Part shown: positions 36,601 through 46,400 of the stretch, piece by piece
How positions within the stretch are numbered: the stretch's first letter is position 1
How the letters are laid out: the number at the start of each line of letters is the position of its first letter
Assembly: GCA_950097015.1 (NCBI GenBank)
Contig: CATNEN010000038.1
Coordinates: forward strand, 31,124,001 to 31,188,000
Reading direction: 5' to 3'
Length of the DNA stretch: 64,000 nucleotides
DNA from: Macrostomum hystrix
Lineage: Eukaryota; Animalia; Platyhelminthes
The notes under the pieces: model-generated
What the model saw: the letters and a program-made list of their open reading frames with translations, nothing else
The model's database searches: none
What the model was told of the DNA's origin: nothing
Translations under genes and position numbers: made by a program

Positions 36601-39310
36601 TGAATCACAGCTGATTCTTCAGTGAATCACAGCTGATTCTTCAGTGAATCACAGCTGATTCTTCAGTGAATCACAGATGATTCTTCAGTGAATCACAACT
36701 GATTCTTCAGTGAATCCCAGCTGATTCTTCAGTGAATCCCAACTGATTCTTCAGTAAATCCCAGCTGATTCTTCAGTGAATCACAGCTGATTCTTCAGTG
36801 AATCACAGCTGATTCTTCAGTGAATCACAGCTGATTCTTTAGTGAATCACAGCTGATTCTTCAGTGAATCACAGCTGATTCTTCAGTGAATCCGAACTGA
36901 TTCTTCAGCTGATTCTTGATAGAAGGGTGGAAGAATGTACTGAAGTACAGAGAAGCCAAAACAGTTTTTTTATAAATCACGGTGAGTGAAGCATCAAGCA
37001 ACAGCAGCAGCTCACAGCAGCTTCGGCCTCTTTAATCTGCGCCTCGCAGGCGGCAACAACGCGCCCGGCCCGTTCCAGCTTGGCCCGATCCTCTCGCCGA
37101 CGCGCCAGAGCCGACTCGGCATCGGCCTGGCAGCGGCGGAGGCGGCGTCGCTCCAGACAAGCAGAGCGCAGCGAGTCCAGCAAGGCCAGGTGGTGGCGAA
37201 GCTGTTCGCAGAGTTCAGCCAGCTCGCACTCAGCCTGAGCTGCCTGAAGGCTAGCGATGCGATCCTGGAGCATGGTGGATGCGGGGTATCAAAAAACAGT
37301 CTTGAAAAAATGTTCTTTATGATAAAAATGTCCTGAAGAGAAGAATAATATCCTGAAGGAAAGTAGAATGTCGTGAAGATTAGAATAATGTCCTAAAAGT
37401 TAGAATATTATCATGGCGAGTAAAAACGTCCCAAAATATTGAAAACGTCGCTTTAGATAGATTTAGTTAGATTCATCGCTAACCTTAGTGTCAGCCAGTC
37501 GACTGAATGCTCGCATTAGTCGCACAGACTGGCAACCGTCGGTATCGTCATCCGTCGCCACGGGCAGCTCTGACGTGCCCGAAGGCGTCTCCGTTGCGCC
37601 AAGATGAGCCAGCGAACCGGCCAGGTGATGCGCCTGCTTTGAGTACTCGCGTCGATTAGTTGCTAAACGACTGGCAGCCAAATACCAAGGTCGCAGGCTC
37701 GACTCCTGCTGCTGCAGTCGACAGTGCAATTCTTCGAACCACTGCGGGCGGCAATGGACAAAACTTAACCAACACCACTTCGCTCCTCTACCAATACCAC
37801 TGCTCTTCTACCAATACCACTGCTCTTCTACCAATACCACTGCTCTCCTACCAATACCACTGCTCTTCTACCAATACCACTGCTCTTCTACCAATACCAC
37901 TGCTCTCCTACCAATACCACTGCTCTTCTACCAATACCACTGCTCTTCTACCAATACCACTGCTCTTCTACCAATACCACTGCTCTTCTACCAATACCAC
38001 TGCTCTTCTACCAATACCACTGCTCTTCTACCAATACCACAGCTCTCTTCTACCAATACCACTACTTTCTCCTACCAATACAACTACCAATACCATCCCG
38101 CTCTTCGGCACTACGATTGCGCTTGTTTTGCAAAGCTGCAACCAAAGCACTTACCGGGTCGTCTTCTTGATCAATCTTGCCGGTTAAACTGCCGCTTCCG
38201 CTAGCCACAGCGGCTGAGAGAGCGCGAAGGGCACCTCCTAGGCCGCTGCCAGACTGACCGGCTCCCGAGCTACCCGATGGAGCGCCTGGACGCTGGATAA
38301 AATCGCGCAAGTCGGCGTCCAACCGAAGGCGCGGATGCTCGCAGCAATAAATTATAAATCTTTCTAGTTCACCACGCCTGCGCTCGAGGAACTCGTCGTC
38401 ATTGGCAACGCTGCTACCGCCGCTGCCGCCGCCGCCACCGATTTTTACTTTCGCCGCGCCGATAATCGACTTCTCAGGCCGCGGCGGAAGAACAATGCCT
38501 TCTCTAAAAGCATGTACCATAAGAGTAAAAACATGCATAACTTGTTTAATTTATACTTCTTTTACACAAATAGAATGCTCTCCGAAGTTCCGATTAAAAA
38601 TCTGACTTCTGTCGATCATTCTCTGTCTGACTTCTCTCAAGAAGCCTTTGATCTCAATCCTCCAGTCTCCTTCTGATTGGTCAGTGTCTAATCCTCCTAT
38701 AGCTATATTGAATATAGTATATTCTCGAACATCATTAATGCACAATCGGCCCATCGAACCGACAACTTCGATAGGTACAATATGTGCCCATACTGTTTAT
38801 AATATATTTACTATATTATAATATAATTATTAGAGATGGGTTTACTTAGCATATCGATCTCGGAGTCGCTCCCATAGACTAAGAAAATCTGAGAATCTGT
38901 GGGTGACGCTGCCACCGCCGCCGCTGCTATTAAATTGTGGCAGTTTGGTTGTGTGCGACACAGTGTAGATGATGTAAGCCGACATGCCTTCGCCAACTTT
39001 CTGTGGCCGTAGCACACTCACTTTCAGCGCCTCATCGTGACAGAGACTGGCTGGCTTCTGCAGGCGACAGTCGCTGGCAGGTGTCGAATCAGTAGAGTCC
39101 TATTTTGCGACGAAAGCAAATAGGAAATTAGGAAGGAATAAAAATGGAATTCTGGTTGTATTTAAAAAAATCAACAATTTCATAAGTACAACTTACTTCT
39201 GTAAATACATTTGCTGACTCAAGAGGAGCAGAGTCCAAATTTTGCAATGCTGGTAGACTATTAGTGGACAATTCTTCATTGTCTGATTCACCTGCTAGAA
39301 TATCATCCAT
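33654..39310 (-). CDS. SNX1/SNX2: Sorting nexin SNX1/SNX2-like (PX-BAR); exons 39310-39197, 39099-38846, 38503-38155, 37741-37484, 37264-37016, 33875-33654
   Basis: The spliced translation gives a PX domain (PQKVGEGMSAYIIY..HRFSDFLSL..GIVLPPRPEKSIIG..EFLERRRGELERFI), then EDDPWFEE and the BAR end QQVLDAWLNFLPEARKI. All introns are GT-AG with compatible phases. Confidence 0.9.
33972..36918. repeat. 2.9-kb 22-bp minisatellite GATTCTTCAGTGAATCACAGCT in the last SNX intron
   Basis: About 130 highly homogeneous copies. Confidence 0.97.
37787..38095. repeat. 20-bp minisatellite CTACCAATACCACTGCTCTT in an SNX intron
   Basis: About 14 copies. Confidence 0.95.
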
Positions 39311-41229
39311 ATATTGCTGGAATTTTATTGCATTTTTGTATACTAGTTTTATTTGCTATTTACAGACTAGAAACAATTGACAGATTTAGGTATCTTCAAA
39401 AAGAAGCTAATGTTTATTTTATTAGAATTATGTTTATAATTTTTTGTTTATTTGATTTACTCTTAACTGTAGACAACCAAAAGCTAAAAAATCTATCTAT
39501 TATTGTACATTAGAAATACCATAACATACTATTACCCATATCTATACAGCAAAAATGCACAATCACAATATTTCAAAGATTTTAATTAGACTGGATGCAT
39601 AAAAATCGAATATTTTTATTAATTTTGCTATAAATTCCATAATAGTTAGAATCAGACACTAAAAGCTATATTTCTATCAAATATTTTCTTGTTCATTTTA
39701 ATAATTTTACAATACTAAGCTTGCATTATCAGTCATCTTAAACCGCTGTAAAAACATTTTAACCACATTTCTTTAGTAGAAGAAATTAAAATATTTTTAA
39801 TATTTAAATAGTTCCGTACATAAAGATGCATGTAATTAGCAAGGTATACAGTTGACAAGTGGCTTCTTGTGTCACGGAGATATGTAAAAATACGAACAAA
39901 ACCGTTGTTTCTTATAAAGTATCATATTTCATAAAAAAGGCAAAAAGCCGTTAAAAAGTTTTTCTCCCTATAAAACACTTTTTTGATAGGAACAGCTAAT
40001 ATGTTTTAAATAAGGCTTTTTACTTTCGTCGCTGCTATAAATTACCTGCGAGTTATAAATTACTATTGTTTTAATGACAGTTAAACACCATAAAAACACG
40101 AACATTTTCTTATTCTGAGTAAAATTTATAATTAAGACCAACTAATGAAAACTTCGTTAAATTTTAACGGTATTTTTTCTATTAAAAAGTATATCAGTAG
40201 TCAGAAATAAATGTAGTCAGACCTACACAATTCCTACTTCTGTGTTTTGAAGTCTCTGTGTTTTGAAGTTACCCCTTTTTACTTCACATTCCTTTCTACT
40301 TCAAAATCCGACGAAACGAAAAACGCATATAATGACGTTACGAAACCTAGTAAAAACCTTAAAAGATGCGGAATCTGCTTAAATTAAACGCGAACTTTGA
40401 CTGAACCTCGGTGCAATCTAAAAGTTCCCATTCCCTTGACGCCGCTGGACGTCGGAAAATCTGCGACCGTCGGCCGACGTCGGGTTATGCAAGTGTCAAT
40501 CAAACTCTCTTAAATACTAAAAGAAAAGCCACTATTAAAAATATTTGCCATCTGCATATATACGAGCGTATCAGTCTATTCGTACTTCATTGTGCATTTT
40601 TTCGCTTCGTTGGATTTCGTCACCGTAATGTTAAAAGTTCCCAATTCCCGCTGGACGTCGGTGACGTCGGGAAAGTCGTAAAATATGTTTACAGTCTTGT
40701 AGCTAAAAATCTGACCAAAATATTATTATTATTTGCTTGAGGCTCCAGCAAAACGCTACAAGTCACTGAAAATCGGACTGTTTAAAGGGTATACGCGCAG
40801 GGACCAATAAAACAACTATTTAAGGTTGTTTTAGTTGTCCCTGGGTAAACGTCTAAAGTCCGAAGTTGTTTTGACTAGAATTTAACGAGCGAATCTTTTG
40901 GTCTCTTTTATAACCTGCAAGTTTGTTTGCGGCGCAAATAGTAATGCTCTTAGCGAACTTTTAATGAAGAAAATATTGCAGGTCGGTTCTTGTTGCACTT
41001 TAAATGAAATGCAAATGGCCTTGTGCTTTGTATCAGATAGCAATTCTATTCTAGCTAGAGCCACATGCGCAGTCCTGTCAGCGTCGCAATGATAAGAGAG
41101 GACTGGGGCAGGAAATGTACATTCATGTACAGATAGATGTACAGTGAAAAGCGGGGAGTGTGGAGAGAGGAGAGAAAGAATAGAGGGGTGTGCGGAAATG
41201 ACAGACTGTTGGGGACTTGCTGGGGTCGG

Positions 41230-41236
41230 TATAAAA
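41230..41236 (+). promoter_or_regulatory. Candidate TATA box of the carotenoid oxygenase gene
   Basis: TATAAAA in a GC-richer context, 116 bp upstream of the ATG. Confidence 0.45.
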
Positions 41237-41345
41237 CATCCAGTCCAGTTGTGAGGAGGGCATTAATCAACCGCAGCAGTTTGAAACAACTCAAATTCAG
41301 CACTGCATAAAGCCTCAATTCACACAATAATTTCTCAATTCTAAA

Positions 41346-42986
41346 ATGTCTGTCGAACACTCTGAGGCAGATCAGACTTCAAAAACTCACGCCGCCAGTA
41401 AGCTTGGCGCAGCTTTGTTTGTGTCGGCAACCAAGGAAAACACGACGCCAGTTAAAGGAGTCGTCCGAGACGGTGGTTCCGTGCCTACCTGGCTGAATGG
41501 CTGCCTCATTCGCAACGGACCCGGTCTGTTTGAGGTGGGGGACACCCAGTATCGACATTACTTCGATGGGCTGGCGCTGCTGCGGAAGTTCAGCATTGCG
41601 AATGGCCAGGTCGAGTTCACAAGCCAGTTTCTCAGATCGGACAGTTTCACTACAAATATGGCCTACAAGCGCATTGTTGTCAGCGAATTCGGAACTAGAA
41701 CTTTTCCCGATCCGTGCAAATCGTGGTTGGGACGCTTCGCTTCATATTTCTGGAGTAGCGAGGAGGAGGCGAAGCTCAACTCGATGGTGACAGACAACAC
41801 TCTGGTAAACGTCTTCCCCATTGGGGATCAGGTTTTTGCGGCCACTGAGACCAACCTGCTCAACCGAATCGATCCTAGGACCTTGGACCGTCTGGAGAAG
41901 ATCGATTTGAATCGGATCATTCCGATCAACACTATCACCGCTCACCCGCACATTGAGGCTGATGGCAGCTTGCTAAACATTGGCACGCATTACCGCGACC
42001 AAGGCGGTCCAAAGTACATTGTGGCGCGCATCCCACCAGGAGGTGTAGATCACGCCGAGGTCGTCGCTAAAATACCCGCGAGGTGGCGCTGGAGCCCTGC
42101 TTATTTTCACAGCTTCGCTCTGACTAAGAATTATCTCATCCTGGTTGAGTCACCGCTGGTCTTGAGCGTCCCTAGACTAATTGCCGCTAGCACTCTGGGC
42201 CTCTCCTACGACGGCTGCCTGACATGGTATGGCGGCGAGGGCTCGCTGCTACACGTCGTGTCTCGCTCAGATGGTCAGCTAGTGCAGACATTCACTGCCG
42301 ACGACTTCTTCACTTTTCATCACATGAACGCTTACGAGGTGGAAACTGAAAGTGGAGCTGGCGTCACGGAGATCGTAATGGACCTCAGCGCCTACAAGTC
42401 AGGCGACATCATGAAGCGACTGTCGCTGAAGGAGATGCAGCAGCTGAGCGAGCTGCCAAAAACGGACCTGACGCTGCGCCGATACCACATGCAACTTGGC
42501 AGCACCGAGAAAGTTGGGTTCAAGGAGCCCGCAGGTCGACTGGCAATCGAGTTTCCTCAGATCAACTACCGGTACAATGGCCTGCCATACCGTTACGGCT
42601 ACGGTGTTGGCAACTGTATTCTGTCTCCTGACGCCACCGGAAGCGCACAGCGAAACTCCAGCATCATCAAGCTGGACTGGCAGACTGAGCAGGTTTTGCA
42701 CTGGCAGGCGCCCGGCTGCGAGCCTTCTGAAGCTTTGTTTGTCGAGCATCCGGAGCGCTTGAGCGAAGACCACGGCCTTCTGCTCGCCTCTGTAATCGGC
42801 ATTGAGGACCGCAGAACGCTTTTTCTGGTGATCCTGGACGCCAGGACCATGGCTGAGGTAGCCAAGGTCGACTTCGAAGGCGTTTCTGTTCCGACTGGCT
42901 TCCACGGAATGTTTTTCTCCGAGGAGCAGCTGCTCAAGGCGGATGCCGCAGCCAAGGCGAAGGCGACCAAGGAAGAATCGAAGTGA
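41346..42986 (+). CDS. Carotenoid cleavage oxygenase (BCO1/BCO2/RPE65/NinaB family), 546 aa, intronless
   Basis: WLNGCLIRNGPG, HYFDGLA, the metazoan EFGT..FPDPCKS motif, four Fe-ligand His motifs (TAHPH, YFHSF, FHHMNAYE, GFHGMF), EFPQINY and PSEALFV. Confidence 0.95.
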   Translation: MSVEHSEADQTSKTHAASKLGAALFVSATKENTTPVKGVVRDGGSVPTWLNGCLIRNGPGLFEVGDTQYRHYFDGLALLRKFSIANGQVEFTSQFLRSDSFTTNMAYKRIVVSEFGTRTFPDPCKSWLGRFASYFWSSEEEAKLNSMVTDNTLVNVFPIGDQVFAATETNLLNRIDPRTLDRLEKIDLNRIIPINTITAHPHIEADGSLLNIGTHYRDQGGPKYIVARIPPGGVDHAEVVAKIPARWRWSPAYFHSFALTKNYLILVESPLVLSVPRLIAASTLGLSYDGCLTWYGGEGSLLHVVSRSDGQLVQTFTADDFFTFHHMNAYEVETESGAGVTEIVMDLSAYKSGDIMKRLSLKEMQQLSELPKTDLTLRRYHMQLGSTEKVGFKEPAGRLAIEFPQINYRYNGLPYRYGYGVGNCILSPDATGSAQRNSSIIKLDWQTEQVLHWQAPGCEPSEALFVEHPERLSEDHGLLLASVIGIEDRRTLFLVILDARTMAEVAKVDFEGVSVPTGFHGMFFSEEQLLKADAAAKAKATKEESK

Positions 42987-43490
42987 ACTTCCGTCTGGCC
43001 AGAGCGTAGTTGTTTTTTATTGATTGTTTAGCTGCTCACTCACGACAAGGCGTCAGAAGAACTTGTGTGATCTCCTTTGACTTGCGCTGAACAGACCACT
43101 TTAAGACTTTGTATCACGTCTAATTGTACTTGGATACGGGTTCCTCTATAATAGCCACCTTTTTTAGAATGTCATCAAGCTTGAAAGCTAGATTTAGAAA
43201 GTACGAGCTACAAAGAATTTTTTTCGAAAAATATTTTTGGAAACTGAAAACCCTTAATTTTCAGGGTTTTTTTCTAAATTTTTATTCCAGAAAATGTAAA
43301 ATCTTACTACGGTGAAAACAGTTTTTCGTTATACCAAAAATATATTGTTTCTACTTCTACTTAAAAATGTCTACTCAGAAAATTTACAGCTACCATTACA
43401 CAACAAAATCTAATGGAGCAGACAAGATCTCAAGTTATTTAGCGCTTTTGTTTAATTAAACCATGATTCAGGACGTTTAAGGTAATTCTT

Positions 43491-46400
43491 CTAGACAATT
43501 ATTTCTTGGTAGATGAAATTGGCTAGGCCAGCCTCATTAACCGCCGTGATTCGCATGAAAAGTCTTTGCTGACTTGGATCGATGGCCTTCAGCACCAGAC
43601 TGTGCTGATTGGTCGCGTACCACTTGTAAACATCGCCTTTGGATGGCGCCGTCTCGACGTTCACCTCGAAGGTGAGCGCGCTGCTGGATTCGAAGACGCC
43701 AAGCCAGTCAATTTTAAGCTGACGCCTGTCCGGGTTGAAGCTCACCTGCCATCGCTTTCCTGCAGTGTTGACAGTATTTTGGGTTGGTCAAGGCTGGGGA
43801 CTTTAATTTGCTAACTAAAAAACAACATACTATGGAACGAAGGACTTTGCTGTGACAGAGCCAAGCGTTAAATAGCTCTATATGAAATACACTCAATGAA
43901 TCACTCATTGGAAATCGCTCAATCGTTCACCAAAAATCACTCACTACGAAGCTGAAATCGTAAAGACATGCTAAAGCAAACTCAACTCACCCGTAAGCGC
44001 AGGAGGTTCTGCATCGACGCGGAACTCCTGTGAAGCTGTCTCGCTCCGCTTACCCAGCAAATTCACTGCGCGCACCTCGACACGATAGCGTTTGCCAGAG
44101 CCCAGTGACAAGCGGCTGAGGTGTACGGCCTGGACTGTCGACCCAACAGCGCTCAGCCAGTCGCGAGCTACTCGGTGTTGCTCGACGTCCAGCAGGCGAA
44201 TCTCGTAGCCGGCTAGCTCGATTTGGTCTTTGAAGCCGCGCCAACTAAACAGAAACTCAGAAGAGCTCCCTACGAAGTTGCCGATTGGTTGAAACGGCGA
44301 AACAACAGGGCTATAGACACTGAGCTTTGCTTCTCTGGCGTCGGGGGTACCGTTGTAGATTAGCACTCCAAGTGACACCCTGTGTTAGTAACACCGTGTT
44401 AAGGGTAAAGTGAAAGCTGTGCATGTCAATGGCGGGTTAATAATAATAGTCAAGGGAGGGGACACAAGTTCTTCTGATGTCTTTAAGAGTAAGTAAGTTA
44501 GGCAATCATTGCGCGTGTATTTATATATGCACAGAAAACGCGAGAGATTGAGATTGAGGGGCCTTGGGATGTGCGAAAAGTGGACGAGACTTCACAACCC
44601 CCCGGCTTAGCGAGCCCGCTGGCTTGGTACCAACCCGAGACTGAGGTTGAGGGATTTTGGTGCAATCGCGGCTGCACTGGAGCAGGCTGGTTGCGTGTTT
44701 ACTGCCATAATATTATAATAACTAGACCTGCAGCCAGCGTAGTTACCATAGGCGTCAATTGCAAGGAGGCAGAATCCTGAGCACACACGCACACAGATAA
44801 CGTACGCAGGTATCTTCTATCCGCGGCTGCGCCCGAATTTAATGTGGCCTCGCCGCGAGATCTAGCTCAGGGATCTTAGTGCGAGAGGCAAACGCTCTAA
44901 CCACGAAGTAGTACACCCCTATTCACCAATCAGCAATGTAGGCCGAAATGTTTCTCCATAAACTCAGCTTTCGGTGTATACCGACCATCTACACTTTCAA
45001 CGACGCAATTCCTACAGTTTCACCAAATTTCACCAAAAAGTACTTTTAAAAAGCTGACCTAACTGCCCATAGACCTGCCGCATTGCCGCATCTAACTGTG
45101 CTGATAACCCGCTGACCAATGAGATTCTCTGGCTTGGCCATCGTCCTTGTCGCGGTGAACTGGCCGTCAGGAATGCGTTCGTAAGCAGCTAAGTTACAGG
45201 CACCCGGCGCGGAGCCGCAGCACCAGTAGCAGCCGCCGGTGAGACCCGACTCTGGATCGCTGGCTGCGAATTTCACCGTCAGTTCTGCTGCGCTCTCCTG
45301 CAAAGCATCCAAAATATGACATTATATACGGCCGAGAGGTCAAGCAAAGGTTTGAACACGACACTAGCTTGGGTGGGACTGGCGCCCCTCGGGGAAGACC
45401 ACGGGAGTATTTCAAATAACGCTGCCCCCTTCTCGATAACTCCCAAACCGAATGAACTAAGTTTCAAAGTCATCCGACGTCAGCATCGTCGAGTTATTCA
45501 CAGATTCTTGCCGAAGACTAACATTAGCCTGTATAGTCCTCTATGGCGAATCCATATGGAATCAATAATTAAATTAAATATGTATAATATATCGTATAAC
45601 TCGTAGTTAAAATATTAAATTTTGTGAGCATAAAAACTATGAGCAGATTATGGAAGTTGTGAGACTGAAAAGAGCGGAAAATTTGAAGCCCTTATTCTGG
45701 TTGCTTTGGCGATTGGCAGAATATTTTTAGCGATACAGAAAAAGAAAAATGTGGTATTGAAATAGCCCGTGGTTTTTCCATTGCTAAGTAGGGCGCGTAT
45801 CTGTGCATCTATCTATCATCGCGACACATGCGCTCCTTGTCAATCAGATTTTACCCGTAGTCCCATGAGTCCATCGTCCAGTACGAAGTCAATAACTGGC
45901 GGAGTGAGGTCCACCAAGCGAGGCTGCGAATGGAACATACGGGTCAGGCCAGCACCGTTGACTGCTAGCACCGACACGTGAACGTTGCTGCCGTGAGTGA
46001 GCCCCACCTCAGCCTGCGCTTCAGCTGCCGGGCCTAGGTAGGTGAACGGCAGCAGCTGGGTGCCACCGCGCACGGTTCCGATGGCCCAGTGGACGGAGCC
46101 GATGCCGCTCTCGAGGTCCAGCAGGTCCCAGCTGGCGTGGACAAAACCGCTATCACGAGCAGCAACGGTGTCCACGTGAATTGGATTGTCCGTGAAGTTT
46201 TTTGCTGATGATTCCGTATCGATCAGGTGTATGGATACACTATCGATGGCTGCAATGTTTTTACACGGGACTATTTTTATAACTACAAATTTAAAACCGC
46301 ATGCAAAGGTATTGAAAATACTTTTACCTAGCCCTGTGTGATAAGACAGCGATTCAACGCTTATTTTTGACTCAGTTGAACTAGCCGTGAAGTAAAACAC

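Noticed and set aside
33972-36918. CRISPR-like regular palindromic repeats
   Set aside because: No unique spacers, no cas genes, and it lies in a eukaryotic intron.
37660-38187. 175-aa plus-strand ORF
   Set aside because: Antisense translation of the 20-bp intronic repeat of SNX.
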